Counted from the stretch's first letter, positions 9,897 to 20,079 are shown. The stretch: 64,000 nt of DNA from Thermoproteota archaeon (GCA_029258835.1 JAPDJY010000039.1:1-64000); one strand, 5' to 3'. A program made the numbers and translations. The notes: a model not told the origin generated them from the sequence alone.

Positions 9897-10646
9897 TTAT
9901 AAGTTATCTCCACAAGTACAGAAGATTTCATGTAAAATTTCAAATAGTTCATCGTGTCCCTCAAGGGTTACAGACGATGTTGCTATGATCCTTATAGCTG
10001 GCCTAATCCGGTCCAGAACGTCTAAAGCAGCCAAGGCAACATCCACTGACACACCTTCCTCTTTAAGAAGTGCTTCCTTTAAACGTTCCTTACTATGCAG
10101 TACTTCTTTAATTTTTCCTGCTTCTTCCATATCTGACTTATGTAAAACCATCACCGTTTCAACGCCTAAATCTAACTGAACAGCGAAGCCTACAAGCAAT
10201 GCAACAACTAGCCGTGCTATACTTGACGCGACATCGCATCCTAAGAGGAAAACGCCACATACACGCGCTACATCCCTCAGTTTACGAATAAAAACGCTGC
10301 CTGTCTCCCTAAAAGCAAAAATTTCAAGTTGGCCGGGAGTATCAACAAGTACAAAGTCACAATCACTTTCTCTTATTTTGGATACTATAACATCAAAGAG
10401 GCTATATAGTTTTTCGCCTGCCAAGATCATGGCTGAATTGGGGCCAACACCTTCTTCTTTCATTATCTTAGAAATGGTGAAAAAAGATCGAACATCAAAG
10501 TCTGGTTCATAGGGCAGCCTTTCAACCCCTGGATCTAAATTTAGAATTTTAACTTTGTAGCCTTCTTTCAGTAAGAAACGACTAAAAGACCAAGTTAAGC
10601 TGGTTTTACCAGAACCTGCAAATCCTAAAAAAGGAATAACAAGCAA
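9897..10646 (-). CDS. GPN-loop GTPase
   Basis: GFAGSGKTS, NLDPG, GVGPNS, DTPGQLE, HKSD. Confidence 0.93.
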   Translation of the reverse strand: MLVIPFLGFAGSGKTSLTWSFSRFLLKEGYKVKILNLDPGVERLPYEPDFDVRSFFTISKIMKEEGVGPNSAMILAGEKLYSLFDVIVSKIRESDCDFVLVDTPGQLEIFAFRETGSVFIRKLRDVARVCGVFLLGCDVASSIARLVVALLVGFAVQLDLGVETVMVLHKSDMEEAGKIKEVLHSKERLKEALLKEEGVSVDVALAALDVLDRIRPAIRIIATSSVTLEGHDELFEILHEIFCTCGDNL

Positions 10647-10693
10647 AACTTCGCCCCCAGAAAGGGTGGAAATGGCCTTATGTCCTTAATCTT

Positions 10694-10987
10694 TTATTCT
10701 GGAAGTATGAGGGGATCCGCTAATTTTACAGTAGAACCTAAGGCTTCCCCGGGAAGCCCGCGTTTAAATCGCGCCCTAACTGCACCATTTCTACCATGGC
10801 ACGACACGATTTTACCTCTCAGCTGCCTCCCTCCACGACTAACCCAAATAACGGTACGGCCAATGAGCTTAGCTGCAATGCTTTCAGAGTTTACACCATT
10901 AAACACTAGCACCACATTTTTCGGATGCTGTAAGTGTCTGCTGAGAACGTAATCAACAACTTTACCCTCTGAAACCATTTTAACCAT
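10694..10987 (-). CDS. rpl35ae: 50S ribosomal protein L35Ae
   Basis: GKIVSCHGRNGAVRARFKRGLPGEALG signature; start at 10987 or 10978. Confidence 0.9.
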   Translation of the reverse strand: MVKMVSEGKVVDYVLSRHLQHPKNVVLVFNGVNSESIAAKLIGRTVIWVSRGGRQLRGKIVSCHGRNGAVRARFKRGLPGEALGSTVKLADPLILPE

Positions 10988-11277
10988 CAAATGACCCTCC
11001 CAATCCCTTACCATGCCGACCTAACAAACACAAGAAGTGACATAAATTTTTCGTACTTTTAACGGTTTTTCATGTATATATATCCAGCCATTTCACATTA
11101 AAGTTTAGTATTCCTTTTTAAACTAAATTAGAAGAAAAAAGAAGAGAGCATCAAAGAAAGAAAACCGATTTTAAAAACGTTATTTTTTAATTTTTTAGAG
11201 TGCTCCACCAAGAAAATTTATTAGCAATGAAAGTTTACAAAGAGCTGGATGCTAAGAAAATCCGGGGAGAAGATGAA

Positions 11278-11925
11278 ATGCTCAACTTTAATAGTAACAG
11301 GGAAAGAGTGATATTTGACATGATGCAAGAATACATCCGCAATATACTTTTAGCAGTTAAGGAGTTTGGGTTAGCTCTTGAAGACTGGATGCAAGGCGAC
11401 ATGAAAGCAGTCGAGGAAAAACTTGCGAGGATCACCGAGCATGCTAAAAACGCTGATAAGGTAAAGCACGACATAATAGATGAGCTCTCCCTAGCTGCGA
11501 CGTTCCTTCAAAGGGAAGATTTTATGCGTCTCGCGTTAACCGTCGACAAAATAGCGGATTACACCGAGGGAACATGCTTCAGGCTATCAGGAATACGTAA
11601 CTGGAGGCCAAGGGGAGTTATGGCTGAGGACATAAGGAACATTGTATCTACGTTTACGCATGCTGTTGAAAAACTAAGAGAGGCGATAAATATTCTTTCA
11701 GAGGACCCTGAAAGAGCATTAAAAGCAATAGAAGAAGTGGACGCTGATGAAAGACTGGTCGATCAAATACATAGAACAATAGAGCAGAATTTGTTTGAGT
11801 TGAACGTAGACCACCGAACATTAATACGTCTCCTAAACTTTGTTTCGCATATTGAAGACGCTGTTGATGTTACGCAGGAGGCAGCGGAAGCATTGAGAAT
11901 AATCGCCATAAGCATGATAGGATAG
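11278..11925 (+). CDS. DUF47 / PhoU-like helical-bundle protein
   Basis: ADKVKHDIIDEL, REDFMRLALTVDKIAD, ERLVDQIHR, HIEDAVD; probable start ATG 11278. Confidence 0.85.
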   Translation: MLNFNSNRERVIFDMMQEYIRNILLAVKEFGLALEDWMQGDMKAVEEKLARITEHAKNADKVKHDIIDELSLAATFLQREDFMRLALTVDKIADYTEGTCFRLSGIRNWRPRGVMAEDIRNIVSTFTHAVEKLREAINILSEDPERALKAIEEVDADERLVDQIHRTIEQNLFELNVDHRTLIRLLNFVSHIEDAVDVTQEAAEALRIIAISMIG

Positions 11926-11941
11926 AGAGGGGGAATGCAGA

Positions 11942-12514
11942 ATGGCTGCTAATGCTGCAAGGACAAAGAAAAAGGCGGAATTAATAGAGGGAAACAGAGT
12001 GATCGTTTGGGATCCAGAGGAAGGATCACAGCTTTACGGAGAAGGCTTCTATGGGCAGCCGCTGGGAATAAGAAAGCCTAAAACACCGCAATTCAATAAG
12101 CCGCTCGAGTTATCTCTTTTAGAAGCGCTATATTTGCTGGAGAAAGGCAGAATTAGAATATATGACGCAAAGGATGGGCATGAGATTACTAGGAGAGAGT
12201 TGGAAGAGAAGGCTGAAGAAACATATCTCGATTTTAAGACAAAGTATGTTGTTTATAAAGACCTGAGGGAGAAGGGGTTAGTTGTAAGGCCGGCGTTAAA
12301 GTTTGGAGCTGATTACGCAGTCTACCAGCATGGACCTGGCATTGATCATGCGCCATTAATAGTCAGTGTTGTCCCGGAAGGAACAAAGCTTAACCCGGTA
12401 GACATAGTTCGCGCCGGCCGCCTAGCAACAAGCGTACGGAAAAAATTCGTAATAGCTACCGTTGATCCTTCAGGAGAGCCAAGATATTATGTTTTTTCAT
12501 GGTTTAAACCGTAA
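11942..12514 (+). CDS. endA: tRNA-intron endonuclease, catalytic subunit
   Basis: LSLLEALYL, VYKDLREKG, KFGADYAVYQHGPGIDHAP, RLATSVRKK (Y-H-K triad present). Confidence 0.95.
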   Translation: MAANAARTKKKAELIEGNRVIVWDPEEGSQLYGEGFYGQPLGIRKPKTPQFNKPLELSLLEALYLLEKGRIRIYDAKDGHEITRRELEEKAEETYLDFKTKYVVYKDLREKGLVVRPALKFGADYAVYQHGPGIDHAPLIVSVVPEGTKLNPVDIVRAGRLATSVRKKFVIATVDPSGEPRYYVFSWFKP

Positions 12515-12632
12515 CGCTAACTTTTGAAGGATATCACGAAAAAAGGTCTTCCAACTTTTCTAACCTTTCTCAGATTAAAATTTGCCTTGCTCCCTTTTTC
12601 TTAAAAAGGAGAAATTTGGGGGCTCTTAGAGG

Positions 12633-12938
12633 CTATGTGGGTATGAAAAGCAGGCCTAGTGTAAGCAAGAATGTGGCGAGTACTAATAGGGCTAACCACC
12701 ATCGGAAGTATTTCTGCCAGTTTTCGTTATCCTCCTTAACTAGCTTACTAACTCCCCAAGACGTTAAACAGATGAAAAGGGCGATGATGCTGATGGCCGC
12801 TGTTTCGTAGTTTAAGTTAACAGAGTTCAGTATAGCAGCAGAGAGTAAAGTAGCTATTAAAGTTGCGAGTCCTCCCCATCCAGCCCATTCAAGCAATGTT
12901 AGAGAGAATTCCTTATCGACCTTGCCATCTTTCTCCAT
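12633..12938 (-). CDS. Small membrane protein (about 3 TM helices)
   Basis: 101-aa ORF with three hydrophobic segments, filling the gap between endA and map. Confidence 0.65.
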   Translation of the reverse strand: MEKDGKVDKEFSLTLLEWAGWGGLATLIATLLSAAILNSVNLNYETAAISIIALFICLTSWGVSKLVKEDNENWQKYFRWWLALLVLATFLLTLGLLFIPT

Positions 12939-13112
12939 TAAGGAACCCTTCCCTCTTTGCAGTCACCAAACAGAGAATTCCCATTAATCTTTTTAAAAAT
13001 AACGTTAAAAATGTTGAATATTTGCAAAAATGTTAAATTTAGAAGGGGTGAAAAGTGAACACTGAGCCGCATGTTTTAACTGAAAAAGGAAGATTTCCTA
13101 GAGGGTATACCT

Positions 13113-13994
13113 TTGGTTAAAAATGAGGAAGACGTTATCGAAGCCTACAGGGCTGCAGGAAGAATACTTGAGAAGGCGCTTAATGAAGGAAAGAGGCTTG
13201 CCAAGCCAGATGTGCTAATAATTGAATTATGTGAAGCCGTTGAGGAGAAAATTTTGAGTGAAGGAGGAGAGCTAGCGTTTCCATGTAACGTCTCAGTTAA
13301 TGACGTGGCAGCCCATTACACGTCTCCGCCCGGCGATGAGACACGTATACCTAGAGAAGCTATTGTGAAGATAGATGCCGGAGCGCACGTAGACGGATAC
13401 ATCGTTGATAAGGCTATTTCCGTGTCTACATCAGCTAAATGGAGGAGGCTCGTTCATGCAACAGAGGAGGCGCTTAAAAAGGCCCTAAAAGAAGTTAAAC
13501 CAAATGTTCCAGTCAAAGTCTTAGGGAAGACCATAGAGAAGGTAATAAGGTCCTTTGGTTTTAACCCTGTGGTTAACCTCTCAGGGCACCAAATTGAAAG
13601 GTACACGCTTCATGCAGGGAAGAGCATCCCCAACTTTAACGCGAGACACGCCCTTAGCCGGATTAGAAGAGGAGAAGTTTACGCTATAGAGCCATTTGCC
13701 ACCAACGGGGTGGGGCTGGTAATGGCTACAGGTAAAGCATACATTTACAGGATTGTGAATCCCAAGGAGGTTCCTCCGCTTCTCCGGGATATCCTAGAAA
13801 GATACAATTCACTTCCTTTCGCAGTAAGGTGGGTTAGGGATATAAGAAGAAAACGGGCCATACAGGTTTTAAGGTACCTAACTAAGAAGGGCGTTCTAGC
13901 GGCATATCCAATCCTTGTGGAGAAGTCTAGGGGGTGGGTTGCCCAGTCTGAAACAACAGTTCTCGTCACCGAGAACGCATGTGAAGTCTTCTAG
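13113..13994 (+). CDS. map: Methionine aminopeptidase type II
   Basis: AFPCNVSVNDVAAHY, KIDAGAHVDGYIVD, NLSGHQI, AIEPFAT, VAQSETT. Confidence 0.96.
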   Translation: MVKNEEDVIEAYRAAGRILEKALNEGKRLAKPDVLIIELCEAVEEKILSEGGELAFPCNVSVNDVAAHYTSPPGDETRIPREAIVKIDAGAHVDGYIVDKAISVSTSAKWRRLVHATEEALKKALKEVKPNVPVKVLGKTIEKVIRSFGFNPVVNLSGHQIERYTLHAGKSIPNFNARHALSRIRRGEVYAIEPFATNGVGLVMATGKAYIYRIVNPKEVPPLLRDILERYNSLPFAVRWVRDIRRKRAIQVLRYLTKKGVLAAYPILVEKSRGWVAQSETTVLVTENACEVF

Positions 13995-14395
13995 GCTTTG
14001 GTTTTCTTCTTTTTCTCCTTCTTTAGGGGGGCCTCGAAGATCTCTTCTATGACCAATTCTCCGTAACCGCACTTATTACACTTTCCAAGCTTTTTAAACA
14101 CGTAATCTCCCTTCGTGAACTCACGGATCCTAACACTGCCACATGCGTTACAACGTAGCACGCTAACCGTCTTGCTCATAGCTTTAACTTTAGAAGCCCT
14201 AGGAAACGCTAAGAATACGTAAACTACTAAGATTAGCATTAATACACCGTAAAGCAAGTAGTTCCCTCTTTGGAAGTCAAGCCATTGCGTTAAACCATAA
14301 TATATGAGGAATGCACTAATTGCGATTATTGCCGCCCCCGCGAGGAGAAGTACAATACGAATCAAAGTCTCACTTTTCCTGAAACCCTCACCCAA
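13991..14395 (-). CDS. Two-TM membrane protein with C-terminal zinc ribbon
   Basis: Two hydrophobic helices followed by CNACG...REFTKGDYVFK...CNKCG. Confidence 0.8.
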   Translation of the reverse strand: MGEGFRKSETLIRIVLLLAGAAIIAISAFLIYYGLTQWLDFQRGNYLLYGVLMLILVVYVFLAFPRASKVKAMSKTVSVLRCNACGSVRIREFTKGDYVFKKLGKCNKCGYGELVIEEIFEAPLKKEKKKKTKA

Positions 14396-14414
14396 CTCTT
14401 TGCACCACCTGCCT

Positions 14415-15542
14415 TTAATTTCCTATTCCAATACAGTTGCCGACTCCGACCACCACTACTGCATCGTTTTCCTTGGTGAACCCCTCAATGATCTTTTTGA
14501 CTCTTTCCTTTGCCTCCTTGGCTCCTTTAATTATCTTTTTCTTCATAGGAGTTAGTGCTTCGTCAAGAGACATTTTAATGATTAAAGCGTCTATAGGGAT
14601 CTCTCTTTCAACAACCCCAACCTCGATCTTGTACTTCTCAACACCTGGACCGCCTATAGCGGCTCCGACGCCCTCCGCCACTTTCCCGGTTTCTTCGCCT
14701 TCAAACTTTACCCCTGCGTCAATCATGATGATCCTTTTAACGCGATTTCCCTTTTCCCTTAGAACTTTAAGAAGCCCCTCCCCGGGTTTACCAACGCGAC
14801 CACTTGGACCGGCGGCTCTCAGTATGATGACATCTCTCCCTTTATAAGTTACTTCAGCTTTTACAAGTTCTCCATCAAAACTATAAAAACGGGCTTCCTT
14901 TGCAAGGTCCCGTAGTAGCATTGAAACAGCTAAAGCACCGGCTCCGTCACCAATGGGTTTTCCATCGTAAAAAGCAGACAAAGCGCTTTTATAAGCTGAC
15001 GCGGTCTTGGTGAGGAAGGGAAGCAGCATTTGAATCTGCGATACTAAGGCAATACTACCGCTTTCCTTACTTAAAAGGTAGAAGTGCCTTAAGATAAAGA
15101 ATAGCTGTCTTAAAGCTGATGCTGCCTCTAAAACCATTTCAAGATTGGCGATCTGATCACTTCCAGCTTTAGGAGCTATCTCCTGGATTAACCCTCTAAA
15201 ACGGCTTTGCCTTACATTTAAAAGATGATCTAACCTTTTCAGTACACCGACCGGATCCCGCTCTACAGGTTCAATTAGAACAAAGTCTAATAACCCATCA
15301 ACTAGGCTAGGAACATCGACGCTTCCATCACTAAACGCCCTAATAGCCCTAACAGCCATTTTCCGTCCTTCTTCGCTCCAAGCTTCAACCTGTCTGACGA
15401 AGTCCCAGATCTGCATCAGCCAAAGTTTGGCTTGAATCCGCGTACCACCCAAAGCGAAAACTAAGAAAAATAGGGCATATGCTATTGTTATAATAAGGAA
15501 AAGGGTTGGATCTTGCCCTCCAAAAAACTGTAATGGAACCAT
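14415..15542 (-). CDS. DUF1512-family protein
   Basis: N-terminal TM, IEPVERDPVG, PIGDGAG, GPSGRVGKPG, MIDAGVKFEGEETGKVAEGVGAAIGGPGVEK, GVGNCIGIG. Confidence 0.88.
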   Translation of the reverse strand: MVPLQFFGGQDPTLFLIITIAYALFFLVFALGGTRIQAKLWLMQIWDFVRQVEAWSEEGRKMAVRAIRAFSDGSVDVPSLVDGLLDFVLIEPVERDPVGVLKRLDHLLNVRQSRFRGLIQEIAPKAGSDQIANLEMVLEAASALRQLFFILRHFYLLSKESGSIALVSQIQMLLPFLTKTASAYKSALSAFYDGKPIGDGAGALAVSMLLRDLAKEARFYSFDGELVKAEVTYKGRDVIILRAAGPSGRVGKPGEGLLKVLREKGNRVKRIIMIDAGVKFEGEETGKVAEGVGAAIGGPGVEKYKIEVGVVEREIPIDALIIKMSLDEALTPMKKKIIKGAKEAKERVKKIIEGFTKENDAVVVVGVGNCIGIGN

Positions 15543-15849
15543 TTAAGCACACCCAACCAACAAGGAAAAACGAGAATGTTATAAAAATATCGCATAGGCG
15601 TTAGGCGAGCTTGGTCCTATAACCAGATTTGGGAGGCTCGTGTTCCCTGCCAAGGAGGCTCTACGAGCGCCTTTAGATTGCTTTTCTTGCAATGTTTAAA
15701 GCTTCACATGAAGGCAAACCGAGAGCATGCAACTAACAACGCTATTCTCGACCATCAAACATAAATAAATGGCTTTACTTACAGGCAACTTACTACGTGG
15801 AAACTATTAAGAGTGTGTCTATTGAGAATTTTAAAGGAAGAAGTAGAGG

Positions 15850-16962
15850 TCATAGTTTTCTGTTTTGGTTTTTTGGACGTTTTCCCCTAGCAAAAACAGA
15901 GAGATTTATTCCTCTTAGATTTAGCCATTCGGCTGTTTTACCCGTCACTATAATGCGCGTCTTCTTGAGGTCATTGAGGCTTCTTGAACCCGTTAAGAAC
16001 ATGGTTACTCTTAATTCTCTTAATAACCGATGTATGAGCCTACGTGCTTCCACATACTTTTCCTTGTAGGCATACTTGAGGAAAGGATAGGCGATCCCCG
16101 TTGCCCTAGCACCCAACGCTATAGCTTTTGCTACGTGAACGCCACTTCTCACGCCTCCTGTTGCTATGACATCTAAGCTGGTGAATGTTGCAACTTCAAT
16201 CGTACTGGCTACAGTTGGGATCCCCCAATCCCAGAACGTTTTTCCAAGCGCGTCTTCTTTTCTTCTGAAGTATTCAACAGCAGACCAGCTGGTTCCTCCG
16301 GCACCTCCAACATCTATCGCTTTTACACCGGCTTCCTCGAGGAGGACGGCTTCTTCCCTCGCTATCCCACATCCAGTCTCCTTAGCGATGATTGGAACTT
16401 CTAGGGACTCGGCGGCTTCCTTAAGTTTTTTTAGTACTCCTTGAAAATTGGTGTCGCCCTCGGGTTGGATTGCTTCTTGGAGAGGGTTAAGGTGGACTGC
16501 TAACGCGTCGGCTTCGATCATTGAGACGATTTCGTCCAGTTCTTTAATTGTATATCCCTCAACCAGCTGAGGAGCTCCTATGTTGGCTATTTTAAGAGTT
16601 GTGGGGGCAACCTTTCTCACGACTGAAAATGTTTCTCTTAATCGCTTGTTTTCTATGGCTACTCTCTGTGATCCCACTCCAATACCTAGTCCATACTCCT
16701 CCGCTAATACGGCGAGGAACCTGTTAATTTCGCCTCCCTTACGTGTCCCACCGGTCATTGCGGCGATAATTATTGGTGCCTTAAGCTGCTTCCCGAATAC
16801 GCTTACGTCAAGACTTATGTCGTCTAAGTTTACCTCAGGAAGAGCACAATGGACAAACTCGACGTCTTCGAAGCCGGCAGACTTTGAAAACTGCACATTT
16901 TCCTTAATGCAAATTTTAATGTGTTCAAGCTTCCTATTTTCAGTAGTAAAGGTGTTATTCAT
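15850..16962 (-). CDS. fni: Type 2 isopentenyl-diphosphate delta-isomerase
   Basis: RKLEHI, AMTGG, GVGSQR, HLNPLQEAIQPEGD, KETGCG, GGAGGTSW. Confidence 0.97.
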   Translation of the reverse strand: MNNTFTTENRKLEHIKICIKENVQFSKSAGFEDVEFVHCALPEVNLDDISLDVSVFGKQLKAPIIIAAMTGGTRKGGEINRFLAVLAEEYGLGIGVGSQRVAIENKRLRETFSVVRKVAPTTLKIANIGAPQLVEGYTIKELDEIVSMIEADALAVHLNPLQEAIQPEGDTNFQGVLKKLKEAAESLEVPIIAKETGCGIAREEAVLLEEAGVKAIDVGGAGGTSWSAVEYFRRKEDALGKTFWDWGIPTVASTIEVATFTSLDVIATGGVRSGVHVAKAIALGARATGIAYPFLKYAYKEKYVEARRLIHRLLRELRVTMFLTGSRSLNDLKKTRIIVTGKTAEWLNLRGINLSVFARGKRPKNQNRKL

Positions 16963-17776
16963 GAAAAAGCACCTTTTGTGGTTTTATGAGAGTTCCTACT
17001 TTCTCCCCTAAGAGGGCACGTAAAACATTGCCTGGCTTATTCGCATTTAAAACGCTTACTTCTATGCCTTTAGACGTAATTAATAAAATCTCTCTTATTT
17101 TTCCGAGCATTCCGCCAGTAACGTCAGCATGCTCGCACTTTGTGAGGTGCCCAGCAAGCTTTGCAAGGTCGGCTGAGTTGATTTCAGAAAACGGTTTAGC
17201 ACCTTCCATCTTAGGGTCTGAGGGGTATATGCCGTCAACATCTGTAGCAAATAAAACCTTAGAAGGAGTTAAAAACTCTGATAGGTAAGAGACAATCTGG
17301 TCTCCTGAAAGGATCGTGAAACCAGCATCTTCATCGAGCACTGCATCCCCCCAAAGGACGGGTATGAGGCCTTTACTTAAAGCATCTTCAAGCACCACCC
17401 TCCACATGCTGCTAATCCGACCATTCTTTTGTAATGTAATTGATGATGGTTGGATAGGAAAAGCTGGAACATTTTCACCCTGCAAGCTTTCAACTATTAT
17501 ATTACTCAATTTACGCATTGACTGAACAGTCTTTGCGAAGCCAATGAGCTGACGTTCATCCCTAAAACCTAGGTGAATGCCGTACTTCTTGGCTAAGGGA
17601 TGTCCAAAGGATCCGCCGCCGTGCACTATTATTAAGCGGAGCAGTTTATTCTTTAACGCGGAGGATATCTCTTTAGCAATCCGCCTTATAATCCTCGTCC
17701 TAGCGTAGAAGGGTTTTTTCTTCATGGTGATCACGCTTCCTCCAAGTTTTAAGATCACTAATTCCCTAGCAAGCAT
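16955..17776 (-). CDS. Isopentenyl phosphate kinase
   Basis: LKLGGSVIT, VHGGGSFGH, SGDQI, DVTGGMLGK; lies between mvk and fni; probable start ATG 17776. Confidence 0.93.
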   Translation of the reverse strand: MLARELVILKLGGSVITMKKKPFYARTRIIRRIAKEISSALKNKLLRLIIVHGGGSFGHPLAKKYGIHLGFRDERQLIGFAKTVQSMRKLSNIIVESLQGENVPAFPIQPSSITLQKNGRISSMWRVVLEDALSKGLIPVLWGDAVLDEDAGFTILSGDQIVSYLSEFLTPSKVLFATDVDGIYPSDPKMEGAKPFSEINSADLAKLAGHLTKCEHADVTGGMLGKIREILLITSKGIEVSVLNANKPGNVLRALLGEKVGTLIKPQKVLFHE

Positions 17777-17780
17777 GCTT

Positions 17781-18744
17781 TCAGCGCTGCTTTTCTTCAA
17801 TTTTAACTCCCTCCAAGGATACATTGGCAGGTATCGGTTTTCCTCCTGCACCTCTTATCCCTTTAGCAACACGTTTAATGCCGTCCTGGCTGCTTAATGC
17901 AACCATGCAACCACCTCCACCAGCGCCTGTAAGCTTAGCGCCATATGCACCCGCATTTCTAGCGGCTAGTATCAGCCTGTTCAATGCTTCAGTTGAAACT
18001 CCTAAAGCCTCTAAAAGACCTTGGTTTATATCCATTAACTCGCCTAAATCTTTAAGACGACCCTCTTTCAGGAGCATTGATCCCTTAATGGAAATTTTGC
18101 CTATTGTTTTTATTATGGCGTCTACTATCGGTTTCTGCCGCTCCCGCCTCATACGTACTCGTGCAATCCACTCTCCAGTACTTCTCTTAACTCCTGTGTC
18201 ACCGATCACAAATGGGATTCTTTTAGTTAGCTTAATCTGAGTGATTTTTTTACGCTTGAAAAGAAGCGCACCGCCATACGTTGCTATCGCATTATCGATC
18301 CCGGAAGGTGTACCATGAACGGTTTTTTCAGCTTCAAAAGACACGGCAAATATTTCATCTTTATTAGGTTCTAAACCAAAGCAAAGATATATTGCAGCTG
18401 TCGCTGCTACAGATACCGCGGCGGAGGAACCCATCCCAGCACCTGGAGGAAGAGCAGACCAGATCCGTAACTCCACTCCTTGGTCTAGACGTGCCCTCTT
18501 AGCAACTTGACTTATAATCGTCCAAAATGGTTTGAAGACGCCAAGGTGGTCTGGTACGTCGTCTAAGCTGAATTCTATTTGTGTGTTATACTCTCTTGAG
18601 AAAATGCGAATCTTCTTAGCAGCGATTGGCGTTGCCTCTACAAAGGCCCGTTTATCCACCGCGATCACAAGGGCGGGTTCTCCATAGACTACGGCATGCT
18701 CACCGAAATAAAATTACTTTACCTGGAGCTGAAGCAATTACCAA
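17781..18744 (-). CDS. mvk: Mevalonate kinase, with a +1 frameshift near the 5' end
   Basis: Frame 1 from TTG 18744 gives VIASAPGKVILF-R-stop; the +1 frame gives FGEHAVVYGEPA...LPPGAGMGSSAA...HGTPSGID...KLTGAGGGG. There is one extra base at about 18705-18713. Confidence 0.93.
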
Positions 18745-18758
18745 GGAAACCACCAACA

Positions 18759-19367
18759 TTAGGATTTAATTTTTGCTTCAAACTCCTCTACGGGAATCGG
18801 GAGGTCTTCATCTTCCGGGAGCTCCCCCCTCTCTCTTAGCACTTGCCTTGCTAACAGCCAGTAAATTAGGGAAAGAGCACGCCTCCCCTTGTTATTGGTT
18901 GGTATACAGAGATCGACTTTTGAAACAGAGTTATCTGTGTCGCATAAGGCAACCGCGGGTATCCCCGCCTTCTCAGCTTCAATTAATGCTTGTGCATCAG
19001 TTCTAGGGTCAGTTACAACTATTACGTCTGCCTCAACGTAGCTCGGAAGAGAGGGATTAGTTAACGTGCCGGGGATGAAACGCCCTGTTACAGCTCTCGT
19101 TCTAGTCACCTCTGCGAACTTTCTAGCTGGCTTCTGACCATACGTTCTGGTTGCAACTACCAAAACCTTTGAGGGTTCAAACCTAGCCAAGAAACGGGCT
19201 GCAACCCTTATTCTTTCATCAGTCTTCCTTACATCTAAAACATAAAGGCCATCCGCACGAACACGATATATGAAGGGAAGCATGCTCTGTGTTTTAACCT
19301 GTGTCCCAATGTGGATCCCTGCTGCAAGGTATCTATCAAGTTGAATTAAAAGTTCAGCTTCACTCAA
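18759..19367 (-). CDS. rps2: 30S ribosomal protein S2
   Basis: [35 protein letters not shown]. Confidence 0.98.
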   Translation of the reverse strand: MSEAELLIQLDRYLAAGIHIGTQVKTQSMLPFIYRVRADGLYVLDVRKTDERIRVAARFLARFEPSKVLVVATRTYGQKPARKFAEVTRTRAVTGRFIPGTLTNPSLPSYVEADVIVVTDPRTDAQALIEAEKAGIPAVALCDTDNSVSKVDLCIPTNNKGRRALSLIYWLLARQVLRERGELPEDEDLPIPVEEFEAKIKS

Positions 19368-19380
19368 CTAGTTCACCTCT

Positions 19381-19602
19381 TTAATACTCATTTTCTTCCT
19401 TTTTCACATGCTGCGAGAATGGAAGTATCTCGTCAATCAAGTTTACATGACTTAGGAGCATGCGCCTGCAGCAATACCTTTTTAAACCTAGACTGTCAAG
19501 CACGGTTTTTGGATCTTCTCCCTGACGCACTCGCCTAGAAAACTCCTCCCACTTATCGGCAATGAGCATTCCACACGTGAAGCACCTAATAGGGATCATC
19601 AT
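19381..19602 (-). CDS. rpoN: RNA polymerase subunit N (Rpo10)
   Basis: [11 protein letters not shown]...[12 protein letters not shown]. Confidence 0.98.
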   Translation of the reverse strand: MMIPIRCFTCGMLIADKWEEFSRRVRQGEDPKTVLDSLGLKRYCCRRMLLSHVNLIDEILPFSQHVKKEENEY

Positions 19603-19635
19603 TCTGGTAGAGCCTCCAAAGTATTCGTTATCAGC

Positions 19636-20070
19636 CTACCTGTAGCTTTTCTGCCTCCTAGCCCTAGCTCCCCGTCCACCAAACTTCTTGGGCTCTTTCC
19701 TACGTGGGTCTGAAACAAGCATTTTCTCATCATATTCCACCATTACAGTCCTTATTTGAGGGTTACCTGAATACTCTACTAACCCTCTAGCTATGGCTGT
19801 CCGGGCGGCTTCAGCTTGCCCCATGAAGCCGCCGCCTCTTACGTCGACGTCGACGTCTACTTGCTTTGCTATTTCTCCAGCTAAAATTAATGGTTCAGAC
19901 AGCTTCAGCCGAACAACTTCAGGCTGAATGAGAGGGAGAGGGATCTTGTTTATTCTAACCCTGCCCTTTCCTGGCCTTATTACTGCACGGGCTATAGCTG
20001 TTTTCCTCTTGCCACTCGCAATAACTATCTTTTTAGCAGCAACCGACTTCTTAGACTTACTCATAAACAT
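19636..20070 (-). CDS. rps9: 30S ribosomal protein S9
   Basis: [40 protein letters not shown]. Confidence 0.98.
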   Translation of the reverse strand: MFMSKSKKSVAAKKIVIASGKRKTAIARAVIRPGKGRVRINKIPLPLIQPEVVRLKLSEPLILAGEIAKQVDVDVDVRGGGFMGQAEAARTAIARGLVEYSGNPQIRTVMVEYDEKMLVSDPRRKEPKKFGGRGARARRQKSYR

Positions 20071-20079
20071 TTCGCCTCC

